Assembly (NCBI RefSeq): GCF_009914755.1
Contig: NC_060942.1
DNA from: the human T2T-CHM13v2.0 reference genome, Homo sapiens
Length of the DNA stretch: 64,000 bases
Direction: 5' to 3' (one strand)
In this document: piece after piece, positions 45,834 to 59,613 of the stretch
How the letters are laid out: the number at the start of each line of letters is the position of its first letter
Numbering within the stretch: the stretch's first letter is position 1
Translations under genes and position numbers: made by a program
Notes under the pieces: generated by a model
Databases searched by the model: none
The model's input: only the letters and a program-made list of their open reading frames with translations
Told to the model about the DNA's origin: nothing

Positions 45834-45961
45834 TTGGGGAATGGCGGTCAATGTGTATTCTACCTCGATAACCCAAGAGACTATGAGCAGACATGACATC
45901 ATTGCATGGGTTAATGACATAGTATCTTTAAACTACACAAAAGTGGAACAGCTTTGTTCAG
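45834..45961 (+). CDS. MAPRE2: MAPRE2 coding exon 2 ([43 protein letters not shown], start of EB-family calponin-homology domain)
   Basis: The EB-family signature MAVNVYSTS...SRHD..AW.N...K.EQLCSG is present. Acceptor is a polypyrimidine tract + TAG ending 45833 and donor is CAG|GTAAGA after 45961. Length is 128 nt, phase-compatible with exon 1. Confidence 0.97.
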
Positions 45962-46159
45962 GTAAGACATATTCTTTTAAGTGTTTACCTAAATATTTAC
46001 AGTCTGTCATGTGGAATGTGATTTTATGAACCACAGCTGCTATATTTTGGGTAGGAAAAAGTATATATTGCTATTGGCATGTAATTAAAGGGGGAAAAAC
46101 TCAGATATAACTAAAGGACGTATTGGGAAAAGTGTTTATGAGCATCCAGGAGCACAAGC

Positions 46160-46800
46160 AGAGCCACACGGACACGTATTGGAAAGGTCTCTTGCTTGAG
46201 CTTCGTAATGCCTTTCACTGGCTCCTAGCCTCTTCTCTGTCATCCCATCTGCCATCACACTTGCCTCCTGAAAACACCAATTGGTTCTTACAACACTCCT
46301 CCTTTAAAACCTCTAGGGCTCCACGTTGTCCTCACTACAGGATAAACTTCAAACTCTTTTCATAGACTAATGAGGTCCTTATTAGTCTCAATTCCACCCT
46401 CCACATCTCTCTCCCTTATACCTCAGACCCACAATATAATCTTTGTTCCCTAAAGACTCTTTCCCTTTTGTATCCCATAGCTTTTTTCATGGTTCCTTTG
46501 CTGAGATCTTTCCCCTTCTTTTCATTTGTGGGAAAATCTTGCTCATACTTTAAAATCTGGTTCACCTGCCACCTGCTCTGGGAAGCATTCCCCAGCCTCG
46601 CAGGCTCCGTGGTGTTCCTGAAACACTGTGCTCATCCTCCAGAATGACACTTGCCACGTCGTGTTAGGATGTCTAACTCCTTCTAGCCCTGAAGGTGCTG
46701 AGAGTCCTTGAGGACAGGACTGCGTTTTGTTCTTTGTTGAATGCCTGTAGTTGCCTCTACTTGGTATGAGGTAGGTCTGCAAGGAATATATATTGAGTTA
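46160..46800 (+). mobile_element. L2 fragment
   Basis: aggataaacttcaaactc, ctctgggaagcattccc, gagtccttgaggacaggac. Confidence 0.6.
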
Positions 46801-46872
46801 AACTTCTTTAAAAAATAAAAATATTTGACTTCAATGACAAAATAGGAGGATGTTTTAAAAAACGTGCTGCTA

Positions 46873-47034
46873 GGCCAGGTGTGGTGACTTACGCCTGTAA
46901 TCCTAGCACTTTGGGAGGCCAAAATGGGAGGATCGCTTAGCCCAGGAGTTTGAGGCTGTGGTGAGCTATGATTGTACCACTGCCCAACAGCCTAGGTGAC
47001 ACAGTGAGACCCTGTCTCTAAAACAAAACAAAAC
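46873..47034 (+). mobile_element. Alu monomer (FAM/FRAM-like)
   Basis: Single-arm Alu with (AAAAC)n tail; TSD AAAAAA(CG/TA)TGCTGCTA on both sides. Confidence 0.85.
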
Positions 47035-50000
47035 AAAAAATATGCTGCTAGTAAATTAATTCATTCTTAGGTCTGAGTATTTATGAAAGAAATAAGCAGT
47101 CCTCCTTTGGAAACAGGGAATGTTTCCTTCCAGTAAACAAATAGATAAGAGATTTCTTCTTTCCCTTTGGCTTCAACATGAAAATGGTATTAGAAAATAC
47201 CACTGAAATGTATTTGTGTGAAATTTCATGAGTCAGAATAGGTAGGAAGAAGTCAACATTGCTCTTTTTCCCAGAGGGTCAAGTATAAAGATTTTATACA
47301 GTGCAGTTAGAATTTCAAAAGCCCCCAGTAGTCACTTTCAGATGTTGTCTGAGTCCAACACCCACCAGTGTAAATATTCTCCCTTCACCAGGTCTGGACT
47401 TGATCAGAATACTCCTAGAGCACTAACTTTGAGTATGATTGACATCCTTTTCCCTGTGATCATTTTTCCGACGAGGAAGACAGTAAGGTTGGCCAGAACT
47501 TAGGCGTTGCCTCACTCACAAATCTATGCCTAGGTCTCAGACATGAAGTCTTGTGATTTATGAGGTCAGTAGTGGGTGCTAGCTAACCACTCCTTTGCCC
47601 TTCAATACAAGATAGAGAAAAGCTGACTTAGACTACGATGATGATGTACCAGGCATGTATATTGTTGATCTACTGAAATGTCTCTAAAAGTTACTTTCAG
47701 AAACAACTTGTATTGCAGCTTATGCAACTTCAGATCTCTACATACCCAAATATTACTGTGCTGTTCTTGCTGTGCATTCTTGAGCTAATATTTTATTTTT
47801 AACTTGCTGCCAAAAAAGAAACCAAAAACAGTTTCTGTTATTAGCAATCACTTTGTTGATAACACATACCCCTTTGTATTGTAATTGTGAAATTGTCTAT
47901 TTCTTCACAATGCCTAATGCATGGTTTTCCTTCAGAAATACTCATTTTGGAGATGAATGAACTGCAATTTGCAACTGCTAAGGGGCAAAGACAAAAATGT
48001 GTATCTTACCCACAAAGTGGGTATATGTGCATTTGGATAAGGGAAACAAGGTGGGTTATCAAGAAAAAGAGACATAGGAAGGAAGGGGATAAGGAAAAGG
48101 CTCACAGAGAAAATCCCCAGGCATGAGTCTTAAATGTTAAAGGAAACCATGAGGAACTTCCTATGCTGAAATACACTTGGAGAGTTTTTGGTAGCAAATG
48201 AAATAAGAACAAATTGTAATTTTTAGATACTGTAGTAAATGTATTTATAAGCAATATACATAATCTTTGCAGATCTTTGAAATTTCTCATAAAGCAAATT
48301 CAACAAAATTTTAAGGGACATTTGTAAAGGATTCATATATGGTGATCTTAAAGCATTGGTGTACATTTATGGCCTTTGTAGCTACACTGCCATCAAGCGT
48401 GGCTTGATTTAAAAACACAAAAAAACCTGTAGAAGCAATTTTGATCACTATCAAACAGATACACATAATTACCATTAGGATAACTTACTGGCTGCCTAAA
48501 ATTACAGGATTGATGGTTCAGAAGAATGAAGTGGATTTAAAGTTTCCTTTCTGCTCTGAAATATGTTTCTCGCTAGAAAAAAAAAAGGAAGTTAATCTCC
48601 ATAGTAGAGAAACAGGTCTTTTATTTTAGGTAGCAGTTTTCTCAAGGTATAAACTATAGACTCTATGCTTTTATAATTTCCTGGGGAGCTGCTGAAAAAA
48701 AGCAGATGACCTTCTAAATCAGTACCTCTGAGTATAGCCTAGAAATCTGAGTTTAACAAGTACAAGTTTAAGTACTTTTGTGCTGCAGCCTAGAGCTTGC
48801 AGTACATTTTACCCCAGACCAACAAAAATGAGGTTAAATTATCCAAACGTCCTTGGAAGTTTCCTTGTTCATAATTTAATCTGTGACTTTTGTCTTTAGC
48901 ATTTAGCAGGAAGAAGCTATCTTTCTATTTATTTATTTATGAAATTATTTATTTATACCCTTCATTGTTCTAGAAAATATTTAAGGCAGCTAGGACAGTG
49001 CTATTAGGATAGGAACAAAGCCAAGTATTGTTGACTTAAGTGACTTATATTCCTCATACTTATGAGTAGTCAGATTTCTTATGTAATATTTTCTTCAATG
49101 TTTATTTCAATTTTTTTAGTTTACTGTGTGGGATTTTATTTTAGCAGTATGCCCAGGAAAAACATACAGGAAATACTTTCTCATATTTAAAATGATTTAA
49201 AATGTCAACATCATTTCTTACTCTCTTTCCTGAAGACTTACGCTCCAATCCTGGTGGTTCCCATTTTGAATTTTTTTCCTATTGCATTATTTCCTATTTC
49301 TGTTTTTAAAATTTTCCAGCTAAGAGATCTCCCTCCAGCTCAGTATTAAAACTAACACCAGCTTTTCTTTAATTTGTGAAGAGCTAAAAGATTGCCTCAC
49401 ATTGGTGTTGTGTTTTACTCAGTATTTTCTGCCTTTATGTAACATCTAATTTGTTTCCAGGTAGGCATTTTTAAAAGCTCTTTAAAGGAAAGATGGCGTG
49501 AGAAAGTAGAACACTTGGAAATATGTTTGTAGTAAGTTGCAAAACAGTGAAAATGACTCACTGTTATCTCCTGTTATTTTATCCCAAGAATATAACCTCA
49601 TGAAAATTTTCTTTGAACATTAAATCTGGGTCATGTAATTATATGGGTATCTGGTTTTCATTTATTTCTTGTGACAAACAACCTTTAAGTTTCAAGTAAA
49701 AGGTGAGCTATATAAATGGAGAGTGGGCTATCAATGAATGTGAATACTACCTATAATAATTCAGCAATCTATTGCTCACCTAGATCTATTTTGAAATGAA
49801 TAATTGTAGATTTTCCATGGTGGAGTGAGAAGGTTGAACCACATGTAGTATCAGATTGGTTCAGCTTATAGATATTTTATATTTTAATTCAAAAGTTATA
49901 CAGCTTGGGCAGGGGGGTGATAGGGAATTTTTTTTTCATTTTTTGCTTTAGTACTAGCTCAAACTAATTTACTAAATCTTTTATAAGGTAGCAATGAGGG

Positions 50001-52845
50001 TGAATGGACAGCATGGTGCTAAAAATCTCTAAAAGCTTTAGCAACTTTAGATACCTTAGTGGAGGTGATAGAGAAGATAGGGGACTTAGAGGGGAAGAAA
50101 AGGAAATGGGGAGGGAGGAGTAGGGTGGAGTGGGAGAAAGTACATCTTTTCCTTGAAAGTACATATTTTCCTTCTTTTCCTCTCCCTCACTCCTCACCTC
50201 AAGCCTCCTTTGAGACTTCTTTGTGACATTAATTTTCTGTGTCTTGATCCTCTGCCCTAGGCTGGAGCTAAGCAGCAAAATCACTGGGTCCAATGCTGGG
50301 TCATTCTTGCTGCTTGGCAGACTGAGTGCCTGCCTTGACTCCCATCCTCACAAGGCTAGTGCAGCCTGCCCTTTTCTCTTTGTGCACCTTGCCTCCCTCC
50401 TCCCCACCCCTCCACTAGCCGAGCAGACACCTGACTTGGGGCAAATGTTAAATACAGTCTGCATGTAGGGCTGGCACTGCCTGGACTGTCACTATATCCT
50501 GGACTGTCACTGTCTGTCACTGAAAGCTGTTATTTTCCTGAGCATTTTAGTATTTTAATAAAATGTCATTTGAATTAAACCATTTTTAGATGGAAAATTG
50601 AGATATTTTCTTGACTTGCTTTAAAAAAAAGAAAGAGAAAATGATCAGGATTTGATTCAGTTTCAATTTGTGCTTCCCCAAATTGGTGCGAGCTTTGTCT
50701 TGGATCAAGTCACTGGTATTTTGTTCTTCCAGGAGAGCTTCTGAATTTGGCTAATGATATTGTAGTCACATTTGCAATTCTGGTTACGTGATGGCTATGT
50801 GGAAGGAGCAAGTATTTAGAGTACACTCTGGCATTCACACAGGTGTAGCCATCAGATGGCCCTGGGACCCGTGGTGCAGGTGCTCCGGGCCCCACCCTGA
50901 TGGCCATCATTCCTGAGCCCAGCAGAGTGTTCTTTGTGACCATTTTTGGCCGCAGATTTGTGCCTGTTAGATAGGTTGATCCCAGCCTCGTGTGTTGTCC
51001 CTGTGCCTCCTCTCTTCCATCCACAGAGACCTCTGTCAGGACAGGTTACCGATGAAATCTGCTCAGAGTCTAAATTTAGTAGGGCTTCTCTTATTGGCTC
51101 TCTGGTATTGAAACCAAGTAAGGATATTCTTTCAGTGTCTGTAAGCATAAGAGTTTACTTAGCTTTATAAAATCATTGACTGTTATTTGCTGTAAGAAAG
51201 TTAGGTCATCTTAGATTATATTACTATTGTTAGGGAGGTAATTGTAATGGAATATTATTCATACTTGTGATATATTACATAGAGTCTTTTTGGTTTTTTT
51301 GCTGACAGTTTTTTTCTCTAATTATTTGACTCATGCTAATTTTAAAAGTTTACATGGTCTCAGCATATCAACTAATTGGAGAAGAAGGGGACAAAAAAAA
51401 AAGAGTTGGATAATGGTGGGGAGGGGTCTAGCCTCATGTTCAATTGCTTCAGGCAGTAATATATGGTAATATACTCTAGTGTCTCTACTAATGCACTGGT
51501 TGAAAGGGAGTTTATTTTTGGAGCAGGATAGATAATACAGTAGGTTTTTTTTCCCTCCAAATTTGTTCATTTACATCTTGACACTTTGCTCCCGAAGATG
51601 AACGTAAATTGCTGTTTCTGTTTTTCTTGGGACTTTTTGTTTGTTTACTGTCTTTTGTAATGCTGAATACCATGGTGGTGAAAAGTGTGTATGCATTCAC
51701 TTTCATTTACCAAACTGCTCTATAATTTTTTTTACACATATGGATGATATATCTTTGAAAGCAACCAGCCACATCTTCGTTTATGTCCTTAACTACATTC
51801 AATTCTATAATCAATTTAGTTTTATTTAATAGGCATATTTTGAGCCTTTCTTTGGGCTAGGCCCTGGGGACCCAGCGATAAATAAAACATAGTCATTGCC
51901 CTCAAATAGCTCAGTACAGCAGAGTACTGTCCTACAAAAGACCAGAGACCACACTGTGGTAAGTGCTGGTTTGCAAGTGCTTTGAGCATACAAAGAAGGA
52001 AGTAAATGAAGGGAGGTAGGGACATAGGGAGTCAGTAGAGAGATTTACTCAGATTCTTTGGGAGTGGCTGGGTGCTTCTGGATGAAAGAATGGCCATCGT
52101 TTGGGAAACACCTCAGAAATGTCCCCCTCCCTCTTAAGTCAGATGGAGTGACAAGTGTGTATGTAGGATAATGTGTGGGGTACTTAGTTTCATTTACCCT
52201 GACAGACTCCCCAGGCTAGGGGGGCCTTTGTCTTATGACACAGGGACTCTAGTCAGTAAAATGCATGTGCTTTAGTGGGTACAGCCCTTAAGTACATGAA
52301 GCATATTGTCATCTCTAAAGAAATATAAAGGATTTTCTTGATGATCTCATCACATGAGTATGTGAGAATTGTTATTACTCTACTTGTTTGAAGGAACTAG
52401 GCATGTGTGTGGGATATTCTCAGGAAACCATAGAATTGGCCACTTCTTTGGGAGGAATGCACTAGATACTTTTAAATACTAAAGCCAAACCTCAGTGATA
52501 ACTGCTTGGGTCTCTAACTGGGTAGATGTCATGTGACTGCATTAGTATTTATCACAGGAACAGACCTACAGATATATCCCTACATCCTATTACCCATTTC
52601 TGCTGGAGCCTCTCCTGGTTAGTGACGAACACCATAAATAAGGGGAAATTAGAAAAACAGGCTTAGGGAAAAATAGATCACCTGGAATGCCATTGTTTTA
52701 TTGAAGACTAACAATATATATACTGAACAAAAAATCAAGGAACATGTGATCACAGTTAACTTTATATAGTGCCTTAACAGGAATAAGTGAATCAGTGACA
52801 TATTAGAAACAGGATTAATAATTGCCTTTGAGAAGTCTCAATAAG

Positions 52846-52923
52846 TTCTCTCTCTCTCTCTCACAGATACGCGCGCGTGCGCGCGCACACACACACACAC
52901 ACATACACACACACACACACACA
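52846..52923. repeat. Compound (CT)n-(CG)n-(CA)n microsatellite
   Basis: Directly visible. Confidence 0.95.
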
Positions 52924-55900
52924 ATTGGTACAAAGCAGTACCATTAGTGGGAATCTCATATTTTTTTCCCCATATGTGAGAAATTCCCAGATGTCATAGT
53001 TGAGTGCAGTCTTTGAGGTTCTTATTGAGTATATCACTAATTCACAAATGCTATTGTATCTACCCTACTATAGTAAGACCCTGCTGAGATTTACCTGCCC
53101 CCAAGCCATGAATAGGTGGGTGGTTGTGAGCCTAGAGATGAAAACTGTTGTACCAAGGGATGGGTCATCAAAAGAAATCTAAGTTGGATACAGTTAATGA
53201 GAGTGATACTGAACATAGTACTAAGGAGTCTCTAAAGCCTCATCATTGATTTCATTAACTTCAGTGACTGGAGCCCTAACTCCATAGCCCCAGGGATCTT
53301 GACAAAGGTTGTGAGAAAACTTGCTGGAGTCCAAGGACATGACAGGTTTTAAGACTCATTTATAATTCATAATTCTAATTACAGAAACCTTTAGAGCCAT
53401 TTCTCTTCTGATTTTGTCTCTGTTATATGATAAGTTGCTTTCTTTTAAAGTACATAATGATATGCTTATTTTGAAATCATTCACCAAGATCAATAAAAAC
53501 CAGTATCTTAACAAGAAAAAGATTTATCTTTCAACATATTGAAAGTTATTTTGAATTTTTAAAAACATGTCAATCACTTTATATGATGGATATGTTCCTT
53601 ATAAAACACTATTTTGTATTTACCATGATACTTTTTCTTTTTCTTTTCTCCCTTTCAGTTTAGATTATCTAAAGACTTTAACAGGAAGAGTGTAAATTTG
53701 GGGAAAAATAGTCATTTCCTTTTATAAATGAATTTATGATTACTTAAGCACCTCATATGTTTATCTGAGGAAAGACTTAAGAATTACAGAAACCCTCAAA
53801 TGTTTTTCCACAGATGAACTGGAGGATCTTAGAAATGTGTTCATACCCTTTCTTGTCTGGTAGGAAGCCAAGGACCTCATTTTATTCTTTGGTTCCTTGT
53901 CCTTTGAATCTAAAACATGCATTTTGGAGATTCATGTTTTGCATCTGAAACAGTCCAATTCAAGCCCATTCATTTTTATAGCTCTGATTATCTTAACCGG
54001 TTACATACTATATAGTTTTATACATTAGGGGTATAATGATGTCATAATGCCTCAGCTTTTATTTCTCTCTCTCTGCCATTTTCAGTGTGTTTTTATATGT
54101 ATTATTTCTTTTAATTCATATAACAACCCCATGAGGAAGAATAGGAATATTTTATTCCTATTTTATGAGGCTAAAAGCTCCAAGAAGCCATGTTCACAGC
54201 TGATAATGAGAATTGAGGTGTCCTTGGATCATAGCCCAGTACTCTCATTGCTGTATGTGTGGCAGCTGTGGATGCAACGAAGGGTTCACTGTGTGTTTGC
54301 CCATGTGGATGTGTTTCTGATTCTTTCCATATCCATTTAGCAGAAGTCCTTTAAGCATCTCCTCTAAGAAAAGAAAGAAAGTCTTTATCTCCATCCTTTA
54401 CATTCTACTTGAAGAAATGAGACATATCTGGTAATTCTACTAATGACAAGGGTGTGTCCCAATGGTATCATCATCAAGAACTTTCTTACCAAAAGTAACG
54501 AGACAGAGACATTTGCTCCTAGTCTTATGAAGTTCTTCCTTCTCCACCTGCTGCAAGTAGAGTGGGGAAAGAGCCGCCTGTTCTCTCTGATTGTTCTCCT
54601 TGTTCCTTTTCTTCCTCTAACTTCTTTCCCTCCAAGCAAGATGAGGTGGCTCTGAAATTTTGCCACCTGCCATGGAGGAACTTTGCAGCTCTCTCAGGAT
54701 AATTCTTGGCCAGTGAAACAACAACCAGGATGATGCCTCCTTAGACATTTGCATGTGCATGTCTCTGCACTGTCTACATTTGAATCCCAAGAATATGGTC
54801 CTTTTCTTATTTTTATCCCAGGCTAGCTTTTGAACAAGCTTGTACCTGAGAGAACTACACATCCTTATTTCCTCCTTTCTATGCTATTGAGGAAATTACA
54901 ACATCTCCTAGGATAATTTTCTTACAAGCTTGGTTCTCACAAAGGATTTACTTATCAAGTTATCACTGTTTTCCATGTATTTAATCCAGTTCAATAAACC
55001 TGTATTGCAGTAGCCATGCTAAGAGGCTCCATCAGTACTTCTCCAACCCCTTCTTTAATATGAAAAGTTGATGGTTTCTTAGTCTTACGTAAAAGGACTT
55101 ACTAATGCAACATTTAAGAGTAGACACCGATTTCCCATCCAGCTCTATCCCTTCATTCCCATGTCTGGTTTCCCAACTCCAGCCAGATTGCAGCTCCTGA
55201 ACTTTTTCCATATAGCCATTCTAGATCTGCCAGTGGGTATGGTAGCAGACACTGTGCTAGTGAAGTAGAAAGATGAATTGAACATCATCCCCAGTCTTAA
55301 AGATTTACTCACCAGTCAGCCAGGAGAGAGAACTAATTAAAATGTAAGTCAAATCCCTGTTAGATTTCTGTATCCAGTATAGTGAAACAATTTTGTGTTG
55401 GAAACAGGAAAGCTTCGTAGAGGAGGTGATGTTTTGACTAAGCTTTTAAGAATGAGAAGTTATTCAAGTATAAAAGAGGACGCAAGGACATTTTAGACAA
55501 AAAGTTTGATCAAGGCAAAAAGAAGTTGCAGTGTTTTGTGCATGTACATTGCATGTGTAAGACATCTGTAACATTAAAATTCAAGGCAGCGAAAGAGGGA
55601 CAGTAATACTTCAAGTAATAAGTGCTGTATTCAAAGAAAGGAAAGATTATTTCCATCTAGAAAAGCTTTTTGTCTTACCCTTGTTTGGGTCTTTGGCCAA
55701 ACAGTCATTCAAATTTAGTGGATGGTCAATAAATATTTATGAAGTTGAATTGAATTGAAATGCTATTCAAACTAGGATTTTAATATGGATAGGATTCAGA
55801 CGGAGAAGAAGATGGTGATTTTGAGGAAAGTTACCATTTAGATATCATTTTGATATTCTGCACATTGCTTTATTTATTCCTGCAGTCAGCAGATATTTAT

Positions 55901-58900
55901 TGAGTACCTGCAATGTGTCAGGTGGTGGATTAGGATTGGAGGATACACCACTATACAAAACACAACACAGATCATATCCAGTTAGGACCTATCCCTTTAC
56001 TACCAAAGTTCTCCCTGACAGGTCTATTCAGAGAGAGCAAATTCCTTTTTCTCAGCTTACCTGAGTATGAAGCAAAGGCAGAGAAAGGCCCCTGGAGAAA
56101 GGTACACGTCCAGCCTGTCTTGCCATCATTCAGTGTAGGGCACTAATGGGCAGTCTGTACATGGAAACATCTGAAATATTAGCAGGCATCTGGTTTCTAC
56201 ACAGTTAAGATAATCAAGCCAAACATCTCCAAATTCTTCTGCTCTTCAAAAGAAAACATTTTTCCTAACCAATTTTTTTCTGAATTGTGTTTTTAAATTT
56301 CTAGTTTATCAGACATGTAGACACTATTAAAAAGGAGTGTCAGAAATCACTGTCAAATGTTTGGGCATGTTAGAATTGCATACCTGGAAACAGAATAATG
56401 AAATTGCTTGGCAACTCGTAAAGACACCATCATTTTTCAGATTGCGTTTTTTTTTTTCCCACCCTGAAACCATTACGTAATTCTGACAAATAGCAAATTA
56501 CCTGTGTTTGTCCCCTCCCTCCCAAGGGTGTGTTCTTACCCAAATATTAATACTCATAAGCTTTTTATGACCAAATTATTTGACATGAGAAGCATATAAA
56601 TGTGAAACTAATGCGAGTCCTGTTTCCTGCAGTTTCTCTTCGCATTCTGCATGAGGAGGATCGTTCTCCATTTTCATTTCTTCTAGATTACATTTGTATG
56701 ACAGCTCATGGAAGAACTTTACAAAAGTGTAGAAGGAGCCAAATTTTAATGAAAAGATGTACATCAACTTTAAAATTGCGCAGAATTGTGTTAAAATCTA
56801 CTATTTAAAAACCTCACAGAAATCTTTTCCTGCTTCTTTTTTTTTCCAAAAATTATTCCATTCTTTTATTTCTACTGTGGTCATATGATTGAATCCCTGA
56901 AGTAAATACTGTGCATTCTTCATACTGATTTGGGATCCTTCTGATACTAGAGTGTACCTAGAAAGCAAAGTATATTTTGGGATTAACCTGGGAAATATAA
57001 AGAAAGCAACTCATAAAGAACAATATTCTGTTAGTATCACAGTCTGCACGAATGTTATGTGGTGCCTGAATGTGAGTTCCTCTCTGTCTGTAATTGCTGG
57101 AGGCTTCCTTTGGTGCCACACCTGGCCTTCTGGGCTTTCTCTGGACGGGACTCTTTTCAGGGAGCTGCCGGGGAAGGAGCATCCTCCTCTGGAAAGTGGT
57201 AATAGGGGATGTTATTGGTGTAGATGAAAGCTAGAGGACTGGACTGGGGAGAGTGGCCATAAGTATGGAGTTCTCACCTGCAAGTCTTGGGGAGAGGGTG
57301 AAATGGCTGAAATCTGGGGAAGAATCCTGGAGCTTCTAGTCTCTAGTGCCAGGGATAGTGACCTCAGCCTCAAAATGAGCAACTTGAGAAAGGGGCGCAT
57401 TGTGTAGACGTGGACCGTGGGTTTGCGCTGGTCCACTCATACCAGTATATTTTACCTTATACTAAAAGCCTCTCTGTGGGCTGCCATACATAGAGTTCAT
57501 GTAGTGGCCTGGCCTGTATAACTGTTGATAGTATGATGTGGGTAATGGTTCAGTAGAAATTCTCTGAGAAAATGGGGAAAGGGATCAGCTTTAGGTTTCT
57601 TACTTGCAATTTAATTTGACCTAAAAATACATACGTTCTGAAAATTAGAACTTAAAAATGGCATTCTCTAAAGACGTTTGTGCCCAGAAATCAGCATTGG
57701 TTTGCCTACCAAATTAGTTAAGCTTCTTCTTTTCCTGGCATTTAAAGCCTTGAGCAATCTAGCTGCATTCCACCTTTCCAACATTTATCCCCACAGCCTC
57801 CCTACCCATAACCTGTATTTCCTCAAACGCACGTTTCACTTATATGCCCTGATTCCTTGTCTTTGCTTGGAGTATCTCCTTTGAAATTCATATCAAATGC
57901 CACTTTGCCCTATTCTTCCTGATCACATTCAACAAAATGTGAGCTCTCTCTCTCTTTTCAATGATCAGACCTTTACAAAGCCTTACGCTCATTGAGTACT
58001 TGTTTTAAGTCTTCAGCATTCGGAGTTAAGCTCCTTGGGGACTGAAATGATCATGCAAGTTTGGCTTGATTTTATGTGTTTGATAATACTGATTACTCTT
58101 TGTTGTTTTTTTATTGGGCAGACTTTGAACTAACTGTATGGAACTAATATTTATGTATCTATATTTATAAATACTACTAATATTTATGTATCTAGGCCAT
58201 ACAGTTTAGCACTTATAGTTGTTTTGTATTTTTGCTGTTTTTCCATGTGTATTTCTCCAGACTCTCAAGACTAAGTTACTTGGTTCTTATTAAGACTAAG
58301 GTCATATTCCTCAATAAGTATTTGCTGGTTTGTTTAACATTGCTAAATAAACAAAGTGACATCTCTCCATGCCACCTACAGATGGGCATTTCTTTAGAGG
58401 TGACCTATGACTACAAAAATTAGATAAGATCTCATATCTTTTCAGATTCTTACCTTCTACTCAAGCTCTTCTTAAGTCTTACCTTAAATTTAAGTCTTAC
58501 CTTAAATTTGACCTTACATATTTAATCAATCCTTTAAAAAATAAAGCACCTTTTTGTCCATTAAAGTAGAAGGGTAATACAAGTGTGTGAGAATACGTGA
58601 GTGCACATGTGGAGAAGCTATATCCCATGATATTAGAGCTTTATGAAACTTTCTATTTTCATGACCCTAATGAGAAAACTGACTTCTTCAGAATGGGTTT
58701 CATATGTAACTTTCGAACTTGTTTTTCATTTGTAGTAAAAGCTTTTTATGTCCCCTTTGCTCCTCTATCTGGAATGTCAAATTCTAACTTTAGCTCCACT
58801 CTCAGACTCTAGCCTGTGAGACATCGCACTGCCAGTTTCAGTATCAGCCTCCCTGGAAGCCAGTGACATTTTGTCCTGCACACCATTCCTGCCCTGTGCT

Positions 58901-59394
58901 CCCAGTGCCTCTCCTACTTCTTCCTTCTTGGCTCCTCTGGAGAAGCCAAATCATATTTTACCAAGTCAGACACCTTATTTTGGTAAAATTTGATGAGCAC
59001 ATTATCCTACAAGAAATCACTGGTGTTAGAATCTAGGCATGAAACTGAGCGCTGGCCACTGCACCATTAATCAGCAGACGAAAAGAAATCTGAAACCAAT
59101 GAGATATTTTACTTGCCAGTAAAATCTCTATTTTCTAAAATTTACTTTTTAATAAAAATGTTGATACCTAAATCTTAATCAAGGGCTATTTGTTATATAG
59201 GTTTTTACTCCATTGAAATTTCCTTTTGAAAGATAGTAGAAAATACTCTTTATTCTTCCATGATGTTTCTATAAGAAGCACTTTTAAAATCAATTTGTTA
59301 CAGTAATATTAATATCTGATCAATTTTCTCTACAGCAGGCCTAACATTTAATGTAGTTCTGCAGGCTTCTTAATAAATTCAGATTTAAACATTA

Positions 59395-59613
<219 letters not shown>

